Numbered from the whole stretch's first letter, positions 13,597-26,316 are shown. The stretch is DNA of 63,665 nucleotides, filler included, from Rhabdomonas costata (GCA_019059605.1; 39 parts of 39 records of this genome joined end to end with filler, not necessarily neighbours in it), one strand, 5' to 3'. Notes: generated by a model not told the origin, from the sequence alone. Program-made: numbers and translations.

Positions 13597-13715
13597 GCCC
13601 TGACCTGAGACGCGCATAGCCTGGGTGCTCGCACGGAGGATCCTATTGCTCTGTCGTCAGACGTGAGGTGCCAGCTTACCAGACAACAGGCCAAGCCCCA
13701 CGCGTCCCAGGCTTA
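13597..13715 (-). repeat. Structured dispersed repeat, copy 1 (copy 2 at 16960-17087)
   Basis: Colinear similarity including tcagacgtg.ggtgcc.gct.accaga.aacagg; nested stems conserved in both copies. Confidence 0.8.
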
Positions 13716-14091
13716 TGTACCAGGCTTATGTATCTCACCCAACCCCCCACCATCCCACGGTGTGGAGCACTTTGGGAGGGAGGGGATGGCACACCTCCAG
13801 TGTCCAAACGGTTTACAATATCACAATAAAACCGGAAGGAACAAGGCGAGTCAAAGGTATCGGTTATCAGTTATCGTCATAGGTGCAAGTGTGGGAAAGG
13901 GAACAAGACGAGACAGCGAAACGGACAAATGGCAGCGGTCACGCAGTGAAATTGCTGTGGAAGTTTCCCACAAAGCAGGTCTCACATGGACGCACACTGT
14001 GAGAGCTCCTCGCGCTCATTAGGTCTGGGCAAATGCCCTCAGCAACTTTTGGCATGGAAACGGAATGAGCACGCAAGCCCCCCTAACAAAC

Positions 14092-14240
14092 TTGGCGTCC
14101 TGGCCGAGAGGCGTCGAATACTCTCACCGCGTTGGTGTAGCCCGCGAACAGAGTCTCTCCACCGGGGGAAAACTCCACGCTGTGAGCAGCACGAAGCTCA
14201 TCCAGGTGATCAAACCCGCAGAACGACGCTCGGATGCTTC
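14092..14240 (-). CDS. WRAP53: Exon of telomerase Cajal body protein 1 (WD40)
   Basis: SIRASFCGFDHLDELRAAHSVEFSPGGETLFAGYTNAVRVFDASRPGRQ matches TCAB1 [32 protein letters not shown].RPGR; AG/GT borders. Confidence 0.85.
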
Positions 14241-14794
14241 CTGCAGGACCACCAAAGGATCCAGTTTGCACATTGCTGTGGTATCCTTGTGTGTCCTGGC
14301 TTCCGCATTTTGTATAAGGCGTTTTCCAAATCGCGTTGGCACGGTGTACTCTAACGGGGTCACAAATTTCGGACACAATTGTTTATAATAACATTAGATA
14401 CCTTGCGTGGTTATCATTGGTGACGTGACGTGTTTGCTTGGAGTTTTGTTGAGCCAAAATCTCAAGGGATGGATATGGGGCTCAAGGCAGGGGGCTCAAA
14501 AAAGTCATCTTCCCTACAGGTACAAACACCTAACATGACAAAAGTCGCAACTGATTTCCACTCTGTAATCTGAGAATCAACTGCACATGGCTTTGTGCTC
14601 TCAAACCCAACNNNNNNNNNNNNNNNNNNNNNNNNNNNNNNNNNNNNNNNNNNNNTTAATTAATTAANNNNNNNNNNNNNNNNNNNNNNNNNNNNNNNNN
14701 NNNNNNNNNNNGCAATCCAATCCTCAGGAGCACAAGCACATTGGTGCGGCACGGCGTATGGTGAAAGATGTGATTTAAGGAGGCATGGACGGAC

Positions 14795-14977
14795 CTGCAA
14801 CAATGTTTGCAGCCCCTTAGAGCCAACAACATTGAGGCTCAGGTCAAGGGATCCCAGGGTTCCATTGGCACTGGGGTCATCAGGGAGAAGCTTTAGGAGC
14901 TGGGAGTTCGGCTTGTGCACTCCCACAATCGCGCACTGGGCCACATATATGTCCCGTAGTGAAGTACTAGCAGCCAT
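14795..14977 (-). CDS. First exon of RI-like leucine-rich repeat protein (euglenozoan style)
   Basis: ATG after a polypyrimidine tract; MAASTSLRDIYVAQC...KPNSQLLKLLP...SLDLSLNVVGSKGLQTLLQ|gt. Confidence 0.75.
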
Positions 14978-15864
14978 TTCCGAGTGAGGAGGGGGAAGAA
15001 AGGGGCCCACCTCCTATCAAATCTTCTTCGCACACGTTCGACACACAACAGGCAGCAACAGGGAAGGGAAAAGCAAGAAAAACACTGCAAAGTAAGCCAA
15101 CGAAGAGCAATAAAAAACACATTTTTGTGGCAATTTCAAATTTCCACTGTTTCATGAGCTTTTTTCCATGTTGGAGAAAAGTGGAGCATACAACTTCCAT
15201 CCTTCGGCCCACAAATCCTGACCGAAGAATTAAAATGAAATATGGTGTTTGCAGCCGCTGGTTGTTTGCCGATGCCTGAAACTAGAAAAACAAAACAAAA
15301 ATACTCCCCACGAGGTATCACCCAATCAGAATTGTGAAACGACGACACTACAATAGTACAGCCAGGAGAAAGGGACCACGTCCAGAAGGCAACCAGAGGC
15401 CAAATCTTCCCACCCCCGAAACTACAAAACAGGAATGCGACAGAGAATGTGAGGAATGAAAGTGAAATATTCGAAATTACTATAGATAGTTAGCTTTCGC
15501 TGTTTACAAGGCTGTCGCTCCTGAAACGTTAGCGTTGAGGAAGCAGCGGGGACACACGTCCATCTGCACACGGCGGGACAGCTCCGCAGCGGCGGTTCGA
15601 AGTGTTTCCTGTCAAAGAAAACAGCACGACCAGCCACATCCTGGCTCGTCTGTGCCAAAAACGGCTATGAGAGTGGAAAGCGGGAATATGGGTGGGGAAA
15701 GCTGAGGAATGAAAGGCGTCTCCGACCTATTTATTTTCCCAGTCTAATGTCACTGTTACCACTTCGGTCGGGTTGCTTGGTGACTTGAGCCGTGTGCACT
15801 GTTCAGGGATATTAAGGAATCAAGCCTCCAAAAGGATGACAAAACGGGCGAGCAAAAAGGAGAC

Positions 15865-15948
15865 CCCAGCCAAGGAGGTCACGATCTGGTTCCCAAGGTT
15901 GTTGGGGCTCACATTAATGTCAGTCAGGCCATGGGCGTTGGCAATGAC
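15865..15948 (-). CDS. Second exon of the same LRR protein (permuted position)
   Basis: VIANAHGLTDINVSPNNLGNQIVTSLAG; ttttcag acceptor, phase 0, follows the intron starting in the duplicated contig end. Confidence 0.7.
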
Positions 15949-16556
15949 CTGAAAAGCAAGCGCACGGGTTGAGGAGGGGTGCAAAATGTCGTTCAGTAAT
16001 CAGACGAGCTTAGAACTCGTAAGCACGGCGAAAAAGGGTGGGCAGCTCTGCAGACAATTGCGGGTAGGCACCCCATTAGGTCTCGTTTGTGTCCTGCAAA
16101 CCGTTCGAACGCATGTTGGGGCAATCCAATCCTCAGGAGCACAAGCACATTGGTGCGGCACGGCGTATGGTGAAAGATGTGATTTAAGGAGGCATGGACG
16201 GACCTGCAACAATGTTTGCAGCCCCTTAGAGCCAACAACATTGAGGCNNNNNNNNNNNNNNNNNNNNNNNNNNNNNNNNNNNNNNNNNNNNTTAATTAAT
16301 TAANNNNNNNNNNNNNNNNNNNNNNNNNNNNNNNNNNNNNNNNNNNNGGGTTGGGGTTTCCCACACTCAACCTTATTCACAGAACCTCGCAAGGTATGTG
16401 AGGGCGGACAAGCAAACAGGGACACGGATTCACGGCGGTGCCATTGCTTTCCAATCCCATCCACCCAAAAAAACCTCATCCAGTCAGCATCAATATATAA
16501 ATATGAGAAGAGATGGGGACGGGAATGCCCTCTCCTTGCCTCGTCGCGGCGCTTAC

Positions 16557-16736
16557 CTTGTTCAGCGCGGCATTGGCGACCTGCTCGGCCTTGGCCTCGG
16601 GCTGGGCGTCCGTGCTCAGCAGTGCGGAGACCGCCATGTCCTGCCTCGAAGGGCCAGCCCTTGCTCCGGAAGAAGACGGCCGGGACCCAGAGGCCCCCAT
16701 GCTCCCCACGGCGGGCAGCGGGAGAAGGTCCACCAG
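16557..16736 (-). CDS. Exon of unknown protein
   Basis: 180 nt, cag|...AAG|gtaagc, GC-rich codons. Confidence 0.55.
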
Positions 16737-16959
16737 CTGTTTTTGTGGCCAAAGTCACTGTGCGCAGTGCGTCTCCATTCCATTTGCACCCCTAACCCTG
16801 GTTTGTCTCCTGGCGAGTACATCTTTGCTTCTGTGTGCGTGTGCACTTTGACTTCGGGAGATTTGAGTTGTTGTTTGTTCGCGGTTGTGCATGTTTGTGC
16901 GATGAAAAGACGGAAAATATACACCCAAGTAAAGGAGAGGGATGAGAGAAAGAAAAACT

Positions 16960-17087
16960 GCCACTAACCTAAGACCCGCGAAGCCTGGGTCTCGCGTCGC
17001 GCGGAGGGTAATATAGCATTGTTATCAGACGTGGGGTGCCGGCTCACCAGAAAACAGGTCAGGACCCTCCGCCTGCCCACAGGCTTA
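16960..17087 (-). repeat. Structured dispersed repeat, copy 2
   Basis: See 13597-13715; contains perfect gcggagggt/accctccgc stem. Confidence 0.8.
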
Positions 17088-18359
17088 GGTGCAGAAAACG
17101 CGCGAAAGAAACTCTGGGGCCTTCCCCAACCAGCGCCCAACACTGGGGCGGCAAACCCTTGCAGGGGTGTGGTGCGTCCATTTGGCAGAATGCGGGGAAG
17201 AAATGCTGAGAACCGCCCATCATGCGGCGGCACACGCACAACTCAAACCGGAGTGTTGCTGGTTTGTACACCAAGCCGCCACCGGCAGGTATGCGACTCA
17301 CCCAAACGCATGCAGCGGGGAAGCAAAGGGTCACTATCTATGCCACACAAGCTTTGCTTTTGTTCCGCTTTTTCTGGGTGAGTGGTGTGAAAGCCGTCTA
17401 AGAAAAAGAAACCTGTCTCTAAATTGTACTGTTTTTCGTTGCTTATTCGGAAATCAGCCAAAGGTTTCAACACCGGTTCTCGTCTTCTCATCAGGAAACG
17501 GCACTCCCTCCGTATCGCCCAACAGCGGCAGCCAGTATTTGCCACGTATTTCAGGACCTGTAAACTAAACGTTGGAGTTCGGAATGCGAATGACTGCTGA
17601 AAGGCGTAGCCCTGTAGAGAGTTGCGGTTTCGGTTAAGACAAACACAAACCCACCTGAACTTTCAAATGCAAAGGCGAGTTCATGGGATTCCTCGACAAC
17701 CCAAAAGCTAAAGCTATATACACCGACAAATTGGCGAGCGGGGCTTCACCCAAGCAGAATAAAACGTCGGGAAAATGTCAACGGCATCGGCCGAGGGGCA
17801 AAACCTGCAGTGCAGCCGAGGCGGCCATCACGCTAAGGGGCAGCCCCGCAGCGGAGCCCCCACCACGCTCCCCGTCCTCCACANNNNNNNNNNNNNNNNN
17901 NNNNNNNNNNNNNNNNNNNNNNNNNNNTTAATTAATTAANNNNNNNNNNNNNNNNNNNNNNNNNNNNNNNNNNNNNNNNNNNNTCGTGGGCCTGGATTGA
18001 ACGCCGCAGGACGGTTGATTTTTCCCTCGACTCTTGGGCAGTATATTGTAACTGGAGTATTGCTTCCGAGGTAGAATCGGTCAGGTTTTCGTGCCATATG
18101 CAACTGTTGACAGATGCTCTTTTGGTAAGGCTTTTGCTTGACAGGGGAAGGAGGGAAGGGGTCTTGCAGGGGGCTTTGGATGTGCTTTGGATGTGTTGCC
18201 TTTGTGAAAGAGATCGTGCGCTGTGGGAATCAGCGATTGGAAAATCCGATAAACCTGATGTGGCGAGGATATTCAGTCCTATAGGGGAAACGTTCCCAAG
18301 CATGTCCGAGGCGAGGTGATTCCACAACGCACTGCAACACCGGTTTGGCAGGCCTCACG

Positions 18360-18725
18360 CTCAGTTCATTTGGCGCACCACGACCTCTGCACCTGGGCCC
18401 TAGGCCCCAGTGGTTTCCGCGCACACCGGCACCAACCACCGGCCAGCCCGCGCGCACGCACCCCCTGCGGACGCCAGCTTCTCGGCCTCGGAGCGGCAGC
18501 GGCCGCCCAAATAGCCTCCTCCGCTGATGCAGCTGATGCTGCTGAAGGGCCCAGAGGGGTGAACAACCGACACGTCCGCAGCAGCGGGAGAAGCCCCCGT
18601 TAGTGCTCGCATGCCAGCGCTTGCCTCAGCAGTTGTTGTTTGCAGAACGCCCGCATGAGGCGCATCAAAGGGCATGATCACCAAAGGGGTCCATCCAGTC
18701 GCAGTTTGCAATTCTGCGGTCCAAT
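18360..18725 (-). mobile_element. Decayed C-terminus of CRE/SLACS/R2-group non-LTR retrotransposon (CCHC knuckle + restriction-like endonuclease)
   Basis: CDWMDPFGDHAL*CASCG, then PAAADVSVVHP...EAEKL...CARAGRWLVPVCAETTGA*GPGA; stops and frameshifts. Confidence 0.75.
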
Positions 18726-20379
18726 TCGGCTTCTTGGGGGCTGCTCCGTGGACTGTGACTCATGAGCATCGCCATCGGGACTCAGCAAGTTCCACTTTAT
18801 CAATGGCGGGTGCATCAGTTTTCCTTTTCTCAACATCTGTGAAAATAGAGTAAAGAGTGACACAAAACAGCAGTAGAAACGAAAAAAAAGTAGAAATGAA
18901 AAATGAAAAAAAAAACAACACAACGATTACCCACATTTTCACCAGTGTCACTGATCATGTTACAAATCTGCTTGTAAGATCCCAGTCACGGATGGATCGA
19001 TCGCTTATCATGGAAATACTCGTAATCCGCTTTCTCTCTAACTTCCCATGTGATGATGCTGAAGAACGCGAAAAATTAAGTGAGCCAAATGGCAAGTGAT
19101 TTCATTTATAAACACAGAAAAGAACCAAACAAGTAACGTGTGTTTTCCGACTGAGGTGAACCAGGCACTCATATTCTCAGAATTCATGCCTGCAGGGAAG
19201 CAGACAATTCGAGTTGAGGTGGGATAGGTACGAGTCACCCCACATCATAACAAGTCGCTCGTGAGACAGGTCAATACAAAAGTAGCCATGTTCACGAAGG
19301 CAATCCAAGAAGAGATACACCGGGACGCCAACGAGGAATCGACTCGCCCACATTTGCCTTGTCATACTTTTCGGACTTGAGGAACATTTGGATTGTCATA
19401 ATTTTCCGCAAAAACCGCGGAGTTAGGTTCTCTCGTTTGACAAGAGGCCAAGCGCGAGCCGTTTGCTTTACGCGTCGCTTTGGGAAAGTGGTTGTTCCAC
19501 CGCTCGAATTGCTCGTCTGNNNNNNNNNNNNNNNNNNNNNNNNNNNNNNNNNNNNNNNNNNNNTTAATTAATTAANNNNNNNNNNNNNNNNNNNNNNNNN
19601 NNNNNNNNNNNNNNNNNNNGTGGTGGGTGTGTTTGGGGTGGTTTTTGAGAACGCGTTTGTCTGCCGGTCCAGTATCTGCAGTATCTGTATTAGACGGGCG
19701 TTCCGGTTGCCTTTTGTGACTTTCAGATCCTCAAGTCTTCTATGGCGACATTGTCCCCACAGTGGTTGTATCAGGTACTCTCTGTCTTGCTTGCTCACCC
19801 CCTTCTTCTTCTTCTTTCTCAAGACATAATAGCTCTCTCTTCGTTGCACAGGGAAACCTGCAAGGGCCCTTCTCGTTGCGGTGACCAGCACGGCAACGTC
19901 GATTGACATTGGTCTTCCAATTCTTTGGCTTGACCTCAACGCAAGACCTGCGCTTGCCTGGAGTCACGATGATTCCAGTGGCTTTTCAAGTGCGAAGCTG
20001 AGCGCTGCTTTGTTGGGTGTTTTTTCTGACATAGCGCCATTATGTTTTTGGGTGGTAGAGCTGAAATCGAACACCTAAAATGGCGAGAGAAAAATATCCG
20101 AAAATCATTCCCAGTCTGTCGTTGATGTTCTATTTCAGCATGCTCGCTGCCACAAAGTGGATACCTGATTTGCCCCAGCGTTCCCCTTCCGGGCTCCTCA
20201 GTTGTCAACATCTACCTCAATTTTGTTCTTACACCAGTGGTTTTTGGAAATGCTATCCTGAACACCACCCTTGCCCTCCTTGTGAAGGTTTGCTTGAGAT
20301 TGGCGCATTCTGGTTTATTCTATCAAGCGCAGCGAATGTGGTTGTTGCCCCCCCCCCCTTCCCGCCGACGCCCTCTCAG

Positions 20380-20559
20380 GTTTCAGGCACCGCAGTCACT
20401 CTCACCGTCCCGGGAATACCACTTTCCGTGGCCCCGGTCCCCGATCTTGTTGCAGTTGCGGGTTGTGTGGATTACTTTCCCGTCACCACAAATTGTCCTG
20501 CCAGTGGTCAGACCCCGCTTTACCTGTTCGGCTACGGCTTTGGTCCCTCGAATGGGGCG
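20380..20559 (+). CDS. Exon of cysteine-containing IPT/TIG-like surface protein
   Basis: PDLVAVAGCVDYFPVTTNCPASGQTPLYLFGYGFG pattern (V.GC.D...T..CP..G...L.I.G..FG); AG/GT, 180 nt. Confidence 0.65.
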
Positions 20560-21724
20560 GTGTGGACTGTGGTTTTGTGCTGCTCCTCTCTTTCCTTCTC
20601 TCTCTCTCTCTCTCTCTCTGCGTGTGTGGATGGGCACGCACACTCTCACCCAATGCCCGTCGTGTTGTCCAGCACGAACAGCAGCACCGTAAACGCGCCA
20701 AAAAAACCAGCAGGTGTGCAGAACAAGCAGGACAAGGACACGCCACAGCACACCGCGCCAAGGCGCCCTGTGTGTGTGCGTATGTGCCCATGCCCCATCG
20801 AAAGGTGGAAGCCCAGGGGGGACCTCACCAGAAAAAACTCATCCTTGCCAAGTGCACCAAGTGTGTGTGTGTGTGTGCATATGTGCGTGTGCTATCGCAT
20901 TAGGTAAGCAAAATTTTCGACAACTCCATTGCTCATTTGCCACCGAAGCAAAGACACACATGAGATGCCATGAACTGCCATGAACTGCGTGGCATCAGCC
21001 CGTCGTTTCACCCTTCGCTCACAACTCTCTTGCTCTCTCTCCCATCTCTCTAAGCTCCGCAATTTTATGTTTTGGAGCGGCTCACTCCCGCACGCAACGG
21101 TCAAGTCAAATTCTTCAACACCGCTCAAGGGGATGATTCTTCGCCCCCAAAAANNNNNNNNNNNNNNNNNNNNNNNNNNNNNNNNNNNNNNNNNNNNTTA
21201 ATTAATTAANNNNNNNNNNNNNNNNNNNNNNNNNNNNNNNNNNNNNNNNNNNNGGGTGGGTGGTGATAGACCTCTGTCCCACCACCGGTCTACCCCCTAC
21301 TCTTGGTCTGTCTCTCCGGTGAAACGGTTCTATGGAATCCTACTCTTAATCTAATCCAAAAGGTTCCACCCCTGGGTACACTCTGGTCGTTGGGGTCTAG
21401 GTTAAGGGGTCCTAACGGCGTTGGTTTGCGCCTCTCCACGTTCCATAAACAGCACACCTCTTGGCGGCGACGCGATCGCCCCCAGCAAAGTTCCTGCCGT
21501 CATGGCGTCACAACACCCGTCAACCGACATACCACTCAGGCCCCTCGAGCTTGAATTCGAGCGGGTGGTTGGTCAAATTACCGCGACCCTCCAAACGGCA
21601 GGTTGCCTAATCTTAAGGAATCCAGCTCCATTCTGGTCGGTTTTGCTGTCGCTTTCTCTGATGGTGGCGCGACAACAATGACGTGGGTGGCTCTCTGGGT
21701 TTCCTGTGGAACTCCCAGGCTGCG

Positions 21725-22295
21725 TTAACGTTTTCCTGCAAACCCAAAAACACTCAGCTTGTCCAATCTCCACAAAATGTTGTACTCAAACCTCCTTGTC
21801 TTCAAGTAAGCTACAAACGCGTCCAACGTCTCAAACGTCTGAGCGTCCCCCACAGTGCCTTTGGCGTGTGGTCCAATCGCTCCGACCGCAAAGGTGATTG
21901 CAACATGGTCAGGAGGACGCCGGTTCATCTTTTTCTCCTCCACCGTGATTATCCACGGCAGGAAATTCTCTGGGTTACCATCGTATGGCTGGAACTATGG
22001 GTCCCGTTCCCGCAATTTCCAGTGCTACTGTCTCTCGCACTGCACCATCTGGGTTCGTACTCTCTGTCAACTTGTCAAGAGCTCTTGTCATCACTTGAGT
22101 TGTCGCCACCTGATTCTGATTCATCAATCTCAAGGCCTCTGCCAACTGCACCAGCAATTCTCCCCCAAAAACGGGCTCTCTTTGATCTGGACCTACCGGT
22201 GGAACCGGCAGGACCGTTGCCCTCTCTTGGACTTGACAGGTAACCAATCTGTGTGGATTGCTCGGTTCAGGCTCGGTCATTATTTTCTCAAACAA
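21725..22295 (-). mobile_element. Frameshifted retrotransposon gag-like ORF (Ty3/gypsy-like capsid)
   Basis: After a frameshift near 21990: PYDGNPENFLPWIITVEEKK...DHVAITFAVGAIGPHAKG...FETLDAFVAYLKTR; intronless. Confidence 0.55.
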
Positions 22296-22889
22296 ACAAA
22301 ATCAAACTTTTACTTTCGACCACGTGTCACAACAAACCAAACTGTCCCCACGTCCAATTGAATTCTCTGTTACCAACTGTCACGAAGTGCCAATGGACAC
22401 CTCTTCTCAATTGCTGCTCTCTTTCTACCGCACAAGCTGTTGATTTTTCTCTGCTACCACGTCTGAACGTGGTACTTTTCTTGAACAATGCGCTCTGGAA
22501 CTTTATCAGCCCTCTGCTACCACCTGTCATACAGCACGGCGGTCTCGGACCAGTTACGTGGCTCTTGCGATTTCCAAGAGTATCCCATTGATCCGCTCCC
22601 ATCCGTGGTCATTCTCGACAAAGCTTTTGCTTTGTGAGCGCTGTCAAATCACCTATGTGAGGAGACTTTCTTTCCCACGGGTTGGCCTCGCTTTCGCCAA
22701 TGGCAGGGTAGAGCCTGGCCGCAACCACTCCTCGAAGCTGCCCAAGCCTGTGTACATTGGTCAAAGACTCTCGGTCGCAACCCCCACAANNNNNNNNNNN
22801 NNNNNNNNNNNNNNNNNNNNNNNNNNNNNNNNNTTAATTAATTAANNNNNNNNNNNNNNNNNNNNNNNNNNNNNNNNNNNNNNNNNNNN

Positions 22890-23554
22890 GTGGTGGGGGG
22901 AAGCCGTCCACCGAAGTCCCGGAGCAATGCGGACACCGTGCCGGCATCCATGTACTCCATTACAATCTGAAAAAACATATTCATCCATCATCATGCCGAA
23001 AAGCAAGTGCATCTTATCGTAAAACAAAGAAGAACAGAAGAGGATGTAAAGTATTCTATGAGACAACCGCAAGCTGAAACCAGAGCCCAACAGCTGGACA
23101 ATATGCAGACCAGCAAAAAAAAAATGCCAAAGTGAGCGAGCGAGCGAGAGAGAGAGAGAAAGAGAGAGAGGAGGCAGAGCACAGCAGCTTACGTTGTTCG
23201 GTGTCCCAGTGGGATGTGCGTTTTCGTGCTTGCGAGTGTGGTTTTCACCCATCCATGCATTTCCTGTGCATATGAATTTGTGCTCGAATCGAATTCGAAT
23301 TTCCTTGCATAGCAGAAGGTCATCATTCTTCAGTGGCAAGACCTTCAGCTTTTCGCCCACAAAGAAGGCGTTGTAGTACGTGACAATGTTGGGATGATCG
23401 GCGTGGACCAGTCGGGACAGCTCGCACTGCAGAAGCTGCACCGTCTCTGCCGAACTGCCGACCACCGGGATGCACTTCATCGCATACACTCTTCCCGTGG
23501 AGGTAGCCTTCACCTTTCGCACGGTGGCCTGGCTGCCCCTCCCCACGATGCGCC
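22890..23554 (-). CDS. STE-group (MAPKK-like) protein kinase, exons 23343-23554 and 22890-22966
   Basis: VGRGSQATVRKV...YAMKCI...HPNIVTYYNAFFVGEKLK|IVMEYMDAGTV; GT-AG. Confidence 0.9.
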
Positions 23555-23621
23555 CTGACGAGAGACGAGTACACCTCCGCATAAACATATCTGCAAGACT
23601 CAAGGGACAGCTGCCGACTTG

Positions 23622-24032
23622 CACGGTGGTAAATTAAATCATATTTGAACGAAAAAAGTTTTTACTTAATCATGATTAATTCAAATGCGCTTCATTGATT
23701 GGAAGGGAATATTGCCTACAGTAGGGGCACGGTAAGGTTGTCACTGTGAACTGATCCCGAATTCGCACAAATAACCACGGAGCCGGCAAATCTCGGTAAA
23801 AACACGCAGAACCGCATGCTTTCACCCGCCAAAACGCGGTGTTCGGGAACCCTAAAGCCTGGACGTGTAAAACTCCTGGTTTTACACCTTGATTGAAGCA
23901 GGTGAAAGCGAAACTAAAAAAGGATAACAGAAACAGTTTTCGCAGAAAAATCACGGAGAGCAGAACATTGAGTGATTTAATAAAAAAAAACCACGTTTTT
24001 CGGGGTGATTAAATCATGATTAAATCACCGTG
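23622..24032. mobile_element. MITE-like element with CACGGTG termini and GAT(T/A)AAATC-type subterminal repeats
   Basis: cacggtggtaaattaaatcat ... atgattaaatcaccgtg; no clear target-site duplication. Confidence 0.55.
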
Positions 24033-24928
24033 ATTTAATCAAATTGATCAAATTTGATCAAATTGAATTTATGAGATCATCACAAACGAAATGCAAATGA
24101 AAGCAAAGGCGTCGGATCCATCCTAATGAATGCGCACATGTGCGGAAATGTGAAGCAGACATTGAGCAACACAAAAAGGCGCAAAAACCAACAATAAGGT
24201 CACTGTAGCGCAAAGTCTGAGTTGTTGTCCCTGTGCAGTCGTCGAACGCAGATACACCGCGGGGGGTAACTGCCAGAAAGCGCCCATCGGCGAGCTGAAA
24301 GCAAAACGATTCCCGAAGTGTTCATCAAATCCCCATTCATGTGGTGCGGGAACGCGCAAGAACAGAGCGGAGGCACAGCATGCAAGAAGTGGAAAAAAGT
24401 ATTTCCGGGGGAACAAAAACANNNNNNNNNNNNNNNNNNNNNNNNNNNNNNNNNNNNNNNNNNNNTTAATTAATTAANNNNNNNNNNNNNNNNNNNNNNN
24501 NNNNNNNNNNNNNNNNNNNNNGGGGTGGGGTTCCGGGGGAGCGGAACAATGGTATTAAGGAGGGATACCGTGAAAAGGTGACTGTAAACCCAAACCCCCT
24601 TATGCCTCCACAATTTTTGGGGTTTGACAATGTTTTCCTGAAAAAGCATGCCACTTTTCGGTTTCGCGTGGATAGAAAGTGAATGTGACGACTGTGAACC
24701 TTCGCAGTGGTGGACTTGACCCCTAAAAAGCTCTCTCAGTAGTTCTGGAAAGCGCAATATGCAATAGTGTGCCCATCATCCTATAAAAATTACAATTGCC
24801 CCTTAGAGAAGGAGACAGGTAGTGGCCCCCGAAATCGCAAGAGGGCCCGCGACGTGCGCACATGACTGCATGGAGTTCGACACACATGGCACTGTCCATC
24901 TCTCGCTCTACGCATTCTGTTTATCCAG

Positions 24929-25544
24929 GTCCGCGTGTTGTTCATGGTTCCGGTCTATGCCGCTGCGGCCTGGCTCGCGCTGGCGCAACGCTCCTATGCC
25001 GGGTACTGGGACATGTTCCGCGGCATCTACGAGGCCATTACCGTGTACTCCTTCTTCATGTTTATGGTCTCCTACTTAGGAGGACCTGTCCGGGTGGCCG
25101 AGGCTGTCGAGGAGCGTGTGCGCTCGGGCACCGGGCACCCCATCCATCAAGTTTGGTTTCTTCGGATGTGCCACAGGGGCGCTGTGGACCCCGCTGCGTT
25201 TACGCGGCAGGCCTTTCTCGGGGTACTGCAATATGTCCCAGTGGTGGTGGTTCTGGCCGTTCTGCAGCTTGTGCTGAAGAAGGTGGACCTCTACCGGCCC
25301 GGGGACTGGAGCGTGCACAGGAACGGGTACCCGGTCTGCACCGCGGTTCAGGTGCTGTCGGTGACGACGGCGATGACACACCTGATTTGGTTCTACCACA
25401 GCATGAAGGAAGAGCTGGCGGGATGCTGGACCCTACCCAAGCTGCTGTGCATCAAGGGGGTGGTTTTCCTGACCTTCTTCCAGGGGGTCGTTATTGGGAT
25501 CCTGGTGAAGGCCGGGGTGATCCAGCCGCAAGGGCATTACACTG
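24929..25544 (+). CDS. Exon of TMEM184/organic solute transporter alpha family protein
   Basis: VRVLFMVPVYA...RGIYEAITVYSFFMFMVSYLGG...GVLQYVPV...PKLLCIKGVVFLTFFQG. Confidence 0.92.
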
Positions 25545-26156
25545 GTTTGTGGGTGGGTACGGTGGATGCGCATGCACGTTGCCAAGTTCGCGATGTGAGA
25601 GAGACCAAAGCAATGCCTTGTGCACGTTGCGTGTATGCGTGATAGAAAAGAAATCGGTTTGTTTTGTCAATGGTGTTAAAGCGACAATGTGGTATCTTTG
25701 TTACATGTTCATTGTAGAGTAACGTATACGGGAAAGCCAAGTGGGTTTGTCCGAGGTTCAGTTAACGTTTCCATTAGGCCGAACCGAGACTCCAGGAACA
25801 TATATGTGCACGGCTCTGGATTTGGCTTGGTAGACACGCGACACTCTATCAAGTCTGCTGCCCTGCAAGGGGCATGGCTCCGAAAATCCGGTCTTCCTTT
25901 AATCGTGCCCCCACCCTCGCCGCGGTCGCCTTCCCGGAGAGAAGAGGCCTGCGTTTTCCGCTACGCATTCCAATCCCAGCATATGAGTCTTTGCTTGCTT
26001 TCTCACTCTTCCGTATAGCGGGCGACGTTGCGACAGCACGGCAGTTCTACAGCCTTNNNNNNNNNNNNNNNNNNNNNNNNNNNNNNNNNNNNNNNNNNNN
26101 TTAATTAATTAANNNNNNNNNNNNNNNNNNNNNNNNNNNNNNNNNNNNNNNNNNNN

Positions 26157-26316
26157 GGGTAAGGGTATCGATGAGTTGGCATAGGCGACTTGACAGAATG
26201 CATTTGCCGACCAACCGCCGAAGGGCCTCACCGATGGCGATGGGGCGGAGACCTCCGTCGGGCTTGCGCAGTGCCAACAGTCGAGCCCCAGCCAGATACG
26301 GAGCCAAGTCCAGCGG
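26157..26316 (-). mobile_element. Reverse transcriptase fragment (N-terminal motifs), CRE/SLACS-like
   Basis: LAPYLAGARLLALRKPDGGLRPIAIGEALRRLVGKC. Confidence 0.85.
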
